DNA of 64,000 nt, taken from assembly GCA_036172245.1 (NCBI GenBank), contig JAYWIR010000001.1, forward strand, positions 2,046,001 through 2,110,000. Direction: 5' to 3'. The stretch comes from Raillietiella orientalis (taxonomy: Eukaryota). The translations under genes and the position numbers were made by a program. Below, one piece after another: positions 38,901-51,102 of this stretch. The stretch's first letter is position 1; each line of letters starts with the position of its first letter. Under the pieces are notes generated by a model. It saw nothing but the letters and a program-made list of their open reading frames with translations. It had not been told where the DNA came from and searched no databases.

Positions 38901-39269
38901 GTCTACTTGAGGTTGCTGTTGCTTAAATCGTTTTTGATCTTTCTGCCAGAATCTATCTCCAAGTTCGCTTTCCCTAAAATTTCTGTACACTGAGCTGAGA
39001 CATCACTTATACATCAATGACTGAAGGCTGCACTGTCCATTGCTTACTAAAATGAATACAACACTACGAAAAATCACGAGGATCGGTTGTACACTTCTGA
39101 TTGGATCATTGAGCTCTGCTCTGGAAAGCTCGCCACCTTCAATGTTTTCCTTTAGGTCGACCACCATACGAGTGACTATGATAGTAGTGACTCTAACATT
39201 AACGTCGACGTTAGCTTTCAAGCCAATACGTGTAGTGTTCGTCAACACCGAGAATATGTGATTTCTTCC

Positions 39270-40620
39270 GTGGAACTCGCACTTGGATTTCCGTTTGTAT
39301 AGCTCTTCTGTTTCCTCCCGGTTATCAGGATCGGTGCTTGCGAGAGCCTCGTTGGCCGCTGCCGTTTTGTCCTTTCGTTTTTCCAAAAAAAAAAAAAAGA
39401 TATTCAACGTGGGATATAGAACACATTTGTTTTGTGTTTCGAATTCCAAACTCGAAGCAAACGCTGCTTTGTGGTCGCCTGCCTGCGAGGGAAAAGCAAA
39501 ACTTGTTTTTCACTCGGGTGGACCGGGGCGTTTATTTGTAAACTATCCGGGAACGAAGTTCCCAGACAAAGGGTACAGAAGATCGAAGGGAGGGCTCCCC
39601 GACACGCAGGTCGGTAAAAGCGAACGTCCGGAACGGGAGGGAGGGGAGCACAAATAAATATATAAGAATAAAAATATGGAGAGGTTTGGGGACGGGGGTC
39701 TTTGGCTTCGGCCGTTCCTTCCTTTCAGAACCGGCGTTGGATGCCGGAGATCTCCTTTCTCACTTCTGGAAGATGAGGGCACCTGGCAGCCGTCGTCATG
39801 TTATCGTGACCGTGTTATTCCGGTGACCTCTCGAAGAATCGCCTGCGACTCCCACTGGCGGTGGGCCGTATCGATGGCGCGGATGCAGCAGGTCGTTGCG
39901 ACGACCGCACCTGACGACAGAAAACTGTTGTTGTGACCCTTGCTTTCCAAGGAGGGGTCGAAGACTGAGATTCTCCTGGAGGATGCGCGTGTTTTGCTGC
40001 CAGAGTCCAAGCCGAACTGCACGATTTTTGAAACCGTAGTGCACTGGATTTATTCAAGCTGGTCACTGAGCACTGGCAGCTGCGTCGCGTGCATTTTCAG
40101 AACAACGTGAAAAACGAACTTGAACTGCAACGGGCTTTTTGGCCTGGCTTTGGGCGCCCATGCATGGTCACCTTACAAATATGGTTGATTTTTCAGCGAT
40201 TGCTGTTTGCTGGTATTCTTTTCTTTTTGTATGAGTATGGCAGCTTTAAAAAATCACAAGTGCCCACAAACGAAGTCTTGCACGCTCCGCAAATGGCTAA
40301 TATTTTCTAAAAGAGGGATTCCCCCTCCCCCCCCCTTCCCGCCGCGACGTTGTATGGAATCCGTTAATTTTTCTATCGTAAATATTTTCTGCCTTCTCGT
40401 GGTATTTCCTTGTAGCGTCTACCTGCTAATTAGCAGTTGTGGCAATTCTCAGTTCTCGGAGTCTTGAAGTTAATATCCAGAAATAGAGAGAGATAACATC
40501 TGTTGTTGGTTTCGACTGGATGCAAATCCCACCAGTGACCTTTTCTGTCACAGATATGCCGATGAGTATGTTTTGCATACAGTATATCCGCTCGGGTTGA
40601 ACTTAGATTAAACAAATTTG
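39270..40620 (-). pseudogene. RAG1: RAG1-like core/C-terminal remnant (may extend to ~42100)
   Basis: LFLDINFKTPRT~LMLELGGILRT; YKEIPRE~YDEKLVRE; WQQ..LQENLSLRPLLGKQG~WQA..LRKKMNLKPIMRMNG; AILREV~EALREL; FASSLEFETQNK~WASEGNESGNK. Confidence 0.75.
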
Positions 40621-42776
40621 ATATTCAATTTTGCGTATGTGTTAAGTTCATGAAATCTAAGCTGTAGTGTTTCACCTAGTGAGGCAAAAGTAGAGAAAAG
40701 ACAAGCAAAACATGCAAATTTGAACCCAACAACAGATGAGAGTGAATTCTTTCAAGATGAGAGTTTCTATCAGTTCAAACTAATTTTCATTTTGTAGAGT
40801 ATAGAAAATAATTTGATTGCAAAATTTAGCCCCAGCTGTGAAAGAATGCTTTAACAGAAATTCACTTGTAAAGAATTTTTTAAATTTGGATGTGCTACTG
40901 GGTTTGAAAGCATAATCCTACCTTTGAACATTAAATGCCATCGTATAACTTACAATAAAATACATGTCAAAGTTCATGCAGGTTGAGGAGAACTAAAGCA
41001 TTGTTCAACATGAAGTAGCATGTATTGCCTTCACAGTCACGGTTTTTAGAAAAATCAAATCAAATTGCATATTCAAAATGTGTGAATTGCCTTCATACAG
41101 TCACTGCGTGTTCTCCAAAAAAAAATACTAAAGCTCAAAAGTGTTGTGTATAGTTAATGAATGTGCTTTTGTTGGATGTGAATTGCTTTTCCAGTACAGT
41201 TATTCTTCAACATGCATTTGATAAATATTTCCTCAAAATTTCTGGATCTGAAAGATCAAGTGGTATTACTTTCTTCATTAGATGCAATATTTTTTTTTGG
41301 AAGGTTTGGGGAAAACTTTCGATTTGTCCAGGTAGCCATGCTGTGAAAGAGAGAATAATGTACATTGCAGCGAAGGAATGCAAATTTGCATAGTTTCATA
41401 TCCAAATGTTTGTCGTCATTAGATTATTGCTGAAGTTTTTAATTTCTAATACATTCATTCCTTCACTGGTTTCAAATATCTACTGTATAATGCTTAAGTC
41501 TTGCGTTTCATATTTGTCACATTCAATGGTTATATAAGTCAATCTAAGTTGAAAAAATGGGTCTATCATTTTCATACCAAATTTCAGTTAATGAAATTGC
41601 AAAAAGGGCATTAGAGAAGAGATACAAAATTTTGACTAGAAACAAAAATGCAGAATAATCCGCATTTTACAGAGAATTGTTGAATTTCAATTTCAAATTT
41701 TGCCAAAAAGGTGAAATTTATAGGTTAATATAAAACAACAAGGGAGATGTAATCAATAGCATTTTCAGGGAATAATAATTCATGTATGACTTGAGCAGGT
41801 TTTCAAAATAGTAGATTTATAAATAATTTTCGAATAAGCCATACTGGTGAATTTTTCTGTAGTAGTTAGAAATTCAATAGTGAGGCACATGGAAGTTGTT
41901 GAAACATAATGGAAAAATTCCTAGTCTTGTCCCAGAAATAGTTTGGCAGTGTCTTACCACACTTTTTGCAGTAATTGTTTGTTCTTGATGCCAGCCATTT
42001 AAAAAAAAATTAAACTGTGTATCAAGGAATATACCTGTAATTAAGCAGAAATATTTAGACATATTTCACGAACATATCTCTTTTAAAAATCGGATGGCAT
42101 GTATTGTATGCTTAGTATCAGATTTTGGTTTCACCTTCTGGACATTAATACCATGAAAACTTCTTTTCTATATTATATATGTAGCATTGAAAATTTTCCA
42201 GTATACTAGAAGTATTTTACAATGGTATGTATTGCTTTTTTCCCATGTTCCAGAAGAAGGCTAATCATGCTTTTGTTTTCTAATTGTCAATTGTGCATTT
42301 TTATTAATTGTTTTGCACAACTAATAGCTTTTATGCTGCTTGAAACTGAATTATTTAATTTGTCCAGCAGATAGTATGATTGCATACAAAGATATAATTT
42401 AAATTTTTGTTTTGTAGATATGCACACATCTTAAATACACAGTTTTTTCATTCAGTGTGCTTTGAAAACTGCAATAGTAATTATGAAATGATACTTTTGC
42501 CTCTGTAATAGAATGCAAATTCATTTGCAGATAAATCAAAAATTGCCTAGGTTTTGAAAGCTTGCATAATCATTTCTAGGAATGCTTTTTTGATTTGCAC
42601 TTTGTTGATATTTGTAAGGATATTTGTATTGAGCTCATAAGATTACAACGTTATTGTCTTAGATATATATAATTACATATCAGTGTTTCACTGTTTTGAA
42701 TTAAAAGAGCAAACAAACAAATTGGAACTATTGTGAATGAAATGAGGTAACATTTTCTAAACATTTCGGGTCAGAA

Positions 42777-45575
42777 ATGAATGTTGTTTCTGAAAATGGC
42801 ATTCCATGTAGAACACACACCCAAAATAAAATTAAAAAAACTTTTGGAAAAAATATCAGCTGTGATTGCCTCCCATATGCAAATGGTCTTAAAAAAATAG
42901 TACAAAAGCAAGTGCAAATTAGTGACCCCAAAGATAAACTTTCAGATGATTGTGTGAAAAGTTTTAATTCTTCCACAAGAGATGATGTTAAAAAAATCAG
43001 TGTTTCAAAACACAAAGCTCTGGAAAGAACAATTGGGTAAAACATTTTTTAGTAAACTACCAAAAAATCCAAACTTTAATCTAGTTGTTAATTATGTTTG
43101 TTCTTTTAAGTTTTTGCCTAATTAATTGTTATTAACTTGCAGTGAGCTTCTTGTTTTCAGTTGGCTGGGTTCTCACTACTACATCAACATACTGTGCATA
43201 CATGATGTATTACATCACATCACATTGAAGAAAGTCTTTAATATTTTCGTCATCTACATTCATAGTTTCTTAGAGAAGTAATCAATTGTTGTTGCAATCA
43301 TCTCATGTTATTTTTTTCTAAAAACTTATCTCATTGTTGGAAACAGGACTTTCACTGGTGTGCTGTTAAACTCATTGCCATTAACAGTATTGTGTTTTTG
43401 TGAATTAGGTATTCTTGCATATTTCTCTGAACCTAAATCAATTGCCAGGAACAACACTCCTATATCAAAAGCTTAAAAGATTAATAATTAAATAATGAAT
43501 TCTTTTGAAGTGATTTTGAATTTTCAGTGTTGCTTTATCTCCAATTTTGATTCCAGTGCAACTGCATTTTTTATACAGTGGAAAAAATGATTTTTTTGAT
43601 TAAGTCACGAAATTTGTAGGATGTAAAAAGTAATTGAAACTTTTTGAAAATTATGACTATTGTGTAGTTGAGCACCATCCCACTTTTTATGCACTGTTTG
43701 ATATTTTCTGGTGCTTCATGCTTCTATTCTCGAATTGGAATTTATCTTCTGACAGGTGTATCAGATACAAAGTTTGGCAATATGTTGTAAATGAATTTGG
43801 CTTATTCATCTTGTAACCATATAGTTATTTATAGCTCTACACAGTAAATTTTATGTAGTTTTTGTGATTAATAATTGCATTCCATTGTTACAATGTGTGA
43901 ACAAGAAAGTACACTTCTAATGTTGCATGATTATAAAGATAAAGAAATCTGTTATTTTCAGTTGCACTGAAAATTTAGATCATTTAGAGTTGAGAAAAGG
44001 AGTAACTTCTTGCAAGCTCCATGAGGATGTTGGTTCGTTTGCTTTTCGCAGCTGCCCTGATCTTGTAGCTGTTCAGATAACACTTCTGGATATCAGTATC
44101 TTACAGTGTATCCATAAAGAAGAACTTATGTCTTTGGCGTGGACTGGTGATGACAAATTATTTAAGGCACCTAATATTGTTGCCTTCACTTGGCAGTTCA
44201 ATTCAGTAAGCAACATGAATAGCTAAAATAATCTGGACCATTATTTGCAGATCATTTGTCTTGTCCAAGAAGAAATTTTACGACATCAAGCGTCACGCAC
44301 TCGTGCAGCTGTTATAAATCATTTCATTCATGTGGTTCAGTGTTTATTAAATTTGAACAATTTGCACAGTGCATTTGCTGTGATATCAGCTCTTCAAAGT
44401 GCACCCATATATCGTTTGCAACGAAGTTGGAGTGGTGTTCCCCTCAAAGAGAGACTTTCATTTGAAAAAAATGCATCCCTTTTCAGTGCTGAAAGCAACT
44501 TTGAAAAATTACGCCAGTATCTGGATGCTGTTCAGCCACCATGTATTCCATACTTAGGTGAGCAAAATGGGGCGAATATCACAAAATTTGGTGCCTAGGC
44601 CTATATCTTACAGATTTAATTTTTGTGGATACTATAATTCGTGGACATACCATTACGTCTTGGAAAAAGCAAAAGCAGATGAAACAAATTGTAACTCATT
44701 TTCAACGCTTCCAACAGTCAGAATATCTTGACTTGGTCCCTAATCCCCACATTTTGCATTATTTATCCACCAAACGTTATTGTGATAAAGATCGCCCCTT
44801 CCTGGAAAAAAATTACTTTAAGTATGCAAAGGCATAAAGTAAGATTTACCCCATATCTGTTTACAGTCGATCTTTACAACTGGAACCTACTGTATCTCCA
44901 AAAAAATCATGGACATTAAAATCAAATCAAAGTAACCACATGCAATCCTGTCGTTGTAAATCTCATAGTCTAAGCAGCAGGTAAGTGTAAAAGAAGAAGA
45001 AGTTCTCCAATTGAAGTAGTATTTTGCCTACTCTGTGTAATGTGAATAAGACAAAACTGGGAAGCATTTCATTTGGCAGTTTCTGTTTCAATCGAGCAAA
45101 TTCCGAAGTCAGTATATTAAGTGCACTTCTGCCTTTGCCTGGCACATCACTGAATGGTCCTGTCTGGGTGAAGACGTTGTTGAAAAATGCCCGCAGCTGC
45201 TTGTTGCCTGTATATCATTGTTACTGGGCACACCTTAATGGCTCAGTATTGCAATTGCATGCTTGCAAAGGGATTAAGGGGTAGGTAAAAGGGGTCTATT
45301 CAAGTATATGATGTTATGTTTGGTCAGTCACACGAAGAGTGACTTCAAGAAAAGACCTTGCAAAGAAATTTGCATTCAAGGATGGTATGCCAAGCCAGTA
45401 TTTGGAAAATCACGGCATTTTGATTTAGTAGATGCACTTGGCAGTAAGTCTTTTTAATATTAGTCAAGGGCTTATTTTGATTGTAGTCCACCTTCTGAGA
45501 GTTAAAGTTGATGAAGAAAAAGAATTAATCAAATGGATAAGTTGTCTACACATTAGTCCTCCTCAACAGTTCTAA
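42777..45575 (+). CDS. RALGPS: Ral GEF with PH domain (RalGPS-like): CDC25/RasGEF domain plus C-terminal PH domain; first exon tentative
   Basis: VAVQITLLD; APNIVAFT..FN; LNNLHSAFAVISALQSAPIYRLQRSW; PPCIPYLGLYLTDL; PH-like VKTLLKN..YWAHL. GT-AG short introns. Confidence 0.88.
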
Positions 45576-46585
45576 GTCCTAAATCTTGATCTCTCAAGTG
45601 CCATAAAGACTGAATTCTAGTCCGAGCCATTTCATCTGTGATGTATGTTCTGCCTCAGTACACATGCTGTAGTTGCCTCTAATTTTCTCAAGAGGGGCAA
45701 CTTATGTCATCATCTTTGATTTCTATTGAGCATGTTGTTTTTGTACAAATCATAGCCAAATGCAAACTGCACTAGTCTAACAAACAATTTTGAAATACAT
45801 TCAAGTGATTTTACATGGTGTACTTTTTGAGTCAGGTTAACATAATGCATGTATAAATATAAATTTTAGTGGTTGATAAAATAGAGAGACACCTGATGGG
45901 CCTTCACCCATTAGAATGATTGGTGTATGTGGGTGGGTGTTTTTCCTTTTTTTTTTTTTTTTTTTTTTCTGATATTGATCCAGAGATAAACTTTCCTCCT
46001 CATAGCAGTGTTATTCGGAGATCTCAATTCCAGCTATGCCGAATATTCATGGAACTTTACGTTATTTTAATTTCGTAGAAAGTTACTATCAAAACGATAG
46101 TTATTTCACGTTTGTGTGAAAACTAAAACGTGAAATAACTGCAATGTTTTTAATCATGTGCTCAAACGTCTGTAGTTAATATAAAAATGATTTGCATTTA
46201 AATTTTGAATGCCATTTTTCAATTGATAAAGGCGAAAAAGGCATTTGGCATAACTGAACCGGCATGAATTAATAAAATCCCTTATAAAGCAAGCTGTAAA
46301 GTCAACATAGAGTAAAGAGCATGAAAATTAGGCCTCTAGTGAATGTTCAGTCTACTGATAAATTTGTGATACCATACTTTTGCATGCATATTTTCAAGGA
46401 TAACAAAACTTTGTTAGATTTTAGGAATTTGGTTCCTATAATCAAAGTTTTATCACTCGGTAAACTGCATTAGCTGAAGTTTACATTAGATTGCACTTTC
46501 GTATTGGGTAGGGGTGATAGCTCTATGTGTGGTGAGATTATGGTTACACACGAAATGCTTTATGAAGGAAAACAAAAATGAGTTT

Positions 46586-46655
46586 AAAATTGGTTTGTCT
46601 GCCTTAACCTTATGTATGTTCCATTCCTGTCAAGGGGAGTGCTAACGTCTTCTAC
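46586..46655 (-). ncRNA. U6atac: U6atac snRNA-like sequence with divergent or missing 5' end (variant or pseudogene)
   Basis: The minus strand reads GTTAGCACTCCCCTTGACAGGAATGGAAC...GGTTAAGGCA...ATTTT, matching the U6atac catalytic AGC/ISL core and 3' region. Confidence 0.8.
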
Positions 46656-46791
46656 AGTTTTAAAATTGGCGATCGCATACAGAATTGATTTTTTCCAAAA
46701 TCCAGACTGGCTTTAAAAAAGTGATTTGAAGGCTGACTACTGCTTATGCCTCATCAACTATGTTGGAAAAATTCTAGAAATTTGTCCAAAT

Positions 46792-49700
46792 ATGGAGACA
46801 CCTCTCATCCCAGAGATACCTACTGATATTCCGTGACCTCACCAGAAATGTTTCCCTCAGATGTTCGCCCTTCGCTACAGGCATCCCACCGTGCCTGTTA
46901 GCAACTGCCGCTGCTGGACCTTTGAGAAAGCAGCAACGTGGAGGGGTGTGTGACGGATATGGGGTCCACTTCGGATGTCCGATCAACTGTACTAGGGGAA
47001 GTGCCCTAGGAGACGGGCGGGAACTGGTTCTTACAGGCCGATCGACATCACATCACAAGAAACTAGAGATCAAACAAGAGCTCCACTTTTGACGGACTGG
47101 AGTGCTTGCTTCGACACAGCCGTTGTAGGGTGAAGTTACTCGGCTTTACTATGAAGCACGTGACCTCCTTGATGGAAAACAAGGACTGCGCAACAAACTT
47201 CATCGCGTGGATGCAGGAGGCGGCAAACGCAAGAAATTTCGGAAGCCATCGGACTTGTGCATTATCTAGGAATTTCCTCTCACAGATATGGTGATGCAGA
47301 ACCAGGAGTAGAACAGCGCATCCATCTCGCCATTGTCTACAACTCTGTAACTCCTAAGGGAAACTCCCTTCAGGGTAGAGAGCACCCGCATTTCATCTAC
47401 GAGATGTCCAAACTTCCTGTTGGAAAAAAGACAAGCAAACTGACTGCTGCGGCCACTACGACTATTGTTCTGAGGGACTACCTGCTCACCTTCCAAGAAG
47501 ATCCTCTTTCCCTTGTTTGCAGAACGCGATGCCTCACCTTCACAAGCAGATGGAGGTAACCATTCGCGCTGGGATCCGCCATGAAGCAGCGGCAGCCAGC
47601 GGCCATCACACGACGGTGAAGAGTAGATCCGAGGAACCCTGGCAAATATCGGAGTGCAGTGTCCTTAAATTGAGGGCGGACCCTCAAGGAGATGGCACGC
47701 CACTTGTTCGACCCAAAGGCATCCAGCTGGCAGCCGGAAAGCTGCACATTGGCAGGCGGGAACCCGCAGTCTGAAATCCAGCAGAGGTGGAGAGGAAGCG
47801 CGGAGAAGAGAAGCCAGACGGCGACGCCTGAAGCCCCTTTACGAGGCGAGGGGAGGAAAGCGGAGAGAGGGGATGGGGGTGAGGGCCGTACCGGCGGCTG
47901 CGCGCCCGTCTCAGCCGAATCTAAGAGGTGGGAACGCCTGACTCGCCACGAAGGGAGCCGAGCGTCCGCGTGTTCCGTCGACGCTAGCGGGCGCGTTTCC
48001 AGAGGGTCCTCGCTGGAAACGTGGCGTGCTGCGCTTCCGTGCGCTGCACGACCGGGCACGTGACGCAGCGTGCGTGTCTGAAGGGCACGTGTACAGAACG
48101 CGCATCTCCGCGTACCGTGAACGAGAATGCGGTGTGCATCTCGGAGCTGCTGGCAAAGAAGAGCAGCAAGCGGAAGGACGGGCATCGCGCTCGCTGCCCG
48201 CACTGACGAGATTTGCGAACACTGTGCTGACGCGGGCGTTCCGGCAGGTCCGATCCCGCGCCTTCTCTGGCGCCAGGTGCGGGTGGCGACGAAGCGAGAA
48301 GGGACTCGAGCTTCCCGATGTTTCCCAAACAACCTATCGGATGAGAAGAAAGACAGAAAAGAAAAGCAGTGCAAAGATGAACTCTGGTCCTGCGTGCACT
48401 CGGCGCGGCAGCAGCAGCGGTGAGATGGCGCCACCGCCAGCAGGTAAGCCGGGCGCGTAGGCCAGTTTTCTTTTCTCTTCTGCTTTTCCCCGTCCCTTTT
48501 CTCATTGCAGGTTTTTCACCCGCCATGAAGGTAAAGGTATCACAATTTCTAAATGAAATTTGATAATAAAGTCTTCATAGTTTTTTGAGTTTTTGTTTTT
48601 GAGTTGTCTGGACAGAACCTTGTCCTTACCAGCCCTCAGGGCGGTGAGGTCCTCTTCGCTGGCGAAAGGAACGGGAAAACCAGAAAAAAACAAAACAAAA
48701 CAACAAAAACACGAAGGGGTGGTGGCAACGTTTTACGGGAAGGGGAGGGATCACAAGTCGCCTCGAGTAGTCCTCTGCATTGAGCTTGGATGCGGACAAG
48801 TACCGGTCGAATCTTCCTGAGCCGGGGCCATCGAGAAGCCTTCTCCATGGAGATGGCTGCCCAGTGAATGGCATTCCCGCTGTTGTGGCTTCTCCTCAAC
48901 GCAGTCCACTTTCCAGGATTCCGCGTACGCAGCAGAGAACTGATTGCAGGTAGCGCAGCAATGCCGGAACGAGCCTGGACCTGGGAAGATTCTCGGGCCA
49001 CTCACCCGGAAGAGGAGTTGCGGGGGACGCGGTGCGCTCTCCGCGCCAGCGGTCGCAGCGAAGAAAAGGCCATGGACTGCATGCCCGCTGCTGATGCGAG
49101 GGACTCCGCAGTCCTGGCGTGAATGAGGAGGACGTTGAGTCCACTCCTGTCCTCAGAGCTCCTGGCGTCCATCTTCGCCTTTTTCCAGGAGTCCGCCGAG
49201 TGGTCCGAATTCCGAAGGAAGAAGAATCCGCGCGGGTAAATGGAACCGCGGGGACTCCTGTGCTCGGAGGTGAGTTCCCTGTGCAGAGAATAAAGTGAAC
49301 TTTTCCGCTCTCTCTCTTCGCTTGCTCTTCGTTGGGGGGATGTCTGGAGGGCGAAGAGAAGAAGAAGGCGCTGCTGAGAGCTGGGATTCTCGGGCGCCAA
49401 GTGATACAGACGGCTCCCCACGAATTTTCATTTTGGCTTGCTGTCACTTTTGTTCGCATTACCGTCACTTCGTGCAAACGGGCGCTCCCTTTCGGTGTCC
49501 GCGAGAGCTGGTACCGCTGGTGCGCCAGTGCTGGCGCACACTTGGCGTTCTCGCGGAAGGATGTTGAGTGCTGCGCTTCACGAAAAGACGGCTGCGAAGG
49601 AAATGAAAGACGGGGACCTCGTCCGAAGTGGTCTCGCGGTCACCATGGCATCCCTAAACCGGAAGAGAGAGGTTGCGAGACTTGAATGGTGGGCGCTGGT

Positions 49701-49821
49701 AGCATCGAACGGCAAAACTAAGAAAGCAGGAATGGAGCGAAGAAACTGCTGGAAATGTCGTGAACTTCGGGGCAAGATGAAAGCACTTTGGCAGAGGGTT
49801 TCCTTTAGTCGGTTTCCATAG
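46792..49821 (+). pseudogene. RAG1: Best-preserved, full-length RAG1-like pseudogene, with apparent spliceosomal introns
   Basis: Collinear matches: HPTV..S..FEK; LRHSRCR; DPLSLVC; GGNPQ..R..R; FRALH..RDA; VCISELL..SS; SGEMAPPPA|FS..MK; HEGVVA; LCIELG; IFLSRGHREAFSME~IFRGTGYDEKLVRE; ERAWTW..EELR; RVNG; RELV; WA; KCRELRGKMKALWQRVS~KCYEMEDVLKHHWLYTS. Confidence 0.88.
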
Positions 49822-49849
49822 CTGCACTTGCATGTGCCCATGAGTGTCC

Positions 49850-50327
49850 CTGCGCCGCGAGGGGCTGCGAAGGCGGCTGCAAAGGAGAAAGACAAGACGT
49901 CACGAGCCCTCTGCTTCCAGCCGAAGGATGTGCGGAGGAGATTTCATGCAGCATCTTGACCTTGCATTGGCTTCATCACGAGGCTCAGGGACCCTGGAGA
50001 TCCCCAGGAAGAGGAAAGAAAGCGAACGCTGAAGCTAGGATCAACCGTTCGTTGGTGCATCTGCATTTCCTACGGTGCCAACCGTTGCATCTCCGTGATC
50101 GTTGGATGTTGGGTTCCCTGGACTCAAGAAAGAACAAGTCAGATGTTGAACGAGTTGTACGTCGCCCGCAGACGACTGACACGACAAGCTTCCGGGAAAT
50201 GTACCAAGACCGTCAGACGGTTTCAGCGGCGAACAACGGAGATATGGAAAATTTTCAGGCAGGAGAGGAGGATTATGAAAATTGCAATCTCATGATTTGT
50301 CCCACCACAGAGTGTGCAGTTGTTTAG
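49850..50327 (+). pseudogene. RAG1: RAG1-like N-terminal remnant directly downstream of the previous copy
   Basis: RMCGGDF~RICGNSF; NLMICPTTEC~SLMVKCPAKEC. Confidence 0.55.
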
Positions 50328-51102
50328 CTTTTTAGCATCTTTAATTGATCAATACTTGCCTTGATGTGTAATTCGCTAGAAGCATTGCCGAATAGTTGCA
50401 GTGAATTGTCTGCCCTTGTCTGATTAAAGGTTGATTGCTTTGCAAGGATTCAACAAATGTGTTTGAAGAGAATGCACAGAGCAAAAATTTTCGCGTAGCT
50501 GAATCTTGCACCAGCTATCACGTATGGATTTCTCGGTGTTGAACTGTCGAACTCGCTGACCATCGTGAAAATTAACCCGGGATAGTCTATGGGTAAAATT
50601 GCGTTTTTGCATGAGTCAGTTCTGTATCTGCCGGTATAATCTTAAACGGAAATTCTAAATGAAAAGTTCTGGAGTATGAGGCATTCTAGTACAACACTCT
50701 AAGGCGTTATAATTCCATACGAAATTTTTTAAATTTACGACGAATAGCTGTGTCGATGAATTTACTTTCTAGTAGTAGTGTCCACAACCAGTAGCATTTT
50801 CAGTCTTTCATTACAGGATACTCAAAAGCGACGGTGCAGAAGTGTTCATTGCGTCGTTATTTGGGATGCTCAAAATCTTCCTAAAGTGTACACATTGGTA
50901 CCTAATTGTAGGTGTAACGATCAAGTGTTGATGCGGGAAGGTGTTTGGTGTATTGTGATGCTGCACAAGTTCGTTGTATTATGTGCAGTTTGGTTTTGTA
51001 AAGATCATGAACCATATTAAAGAGTTGTACAGAATGCCAGTTAGCTTATCAAGCAAAGTAAAAGTACTGATAATTCGCTGGGAGAATCCGATTTTTGTGA
51101 AA

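Noticed and set aside
46668-46765. Terminal inverted repeat matching 4035-4130
   Set aside because: The similarity is explained by both being RAG1 C-terminal (WLY) coding remnants.
46774-47040. Second RAG2 fragment on the minus strand (..FLKGPA..RHGGMP)
   Set aside because: It needs several large deletions, and the plus strand gives the RAG1 N-terminus at the expected distance from LRH.CR.
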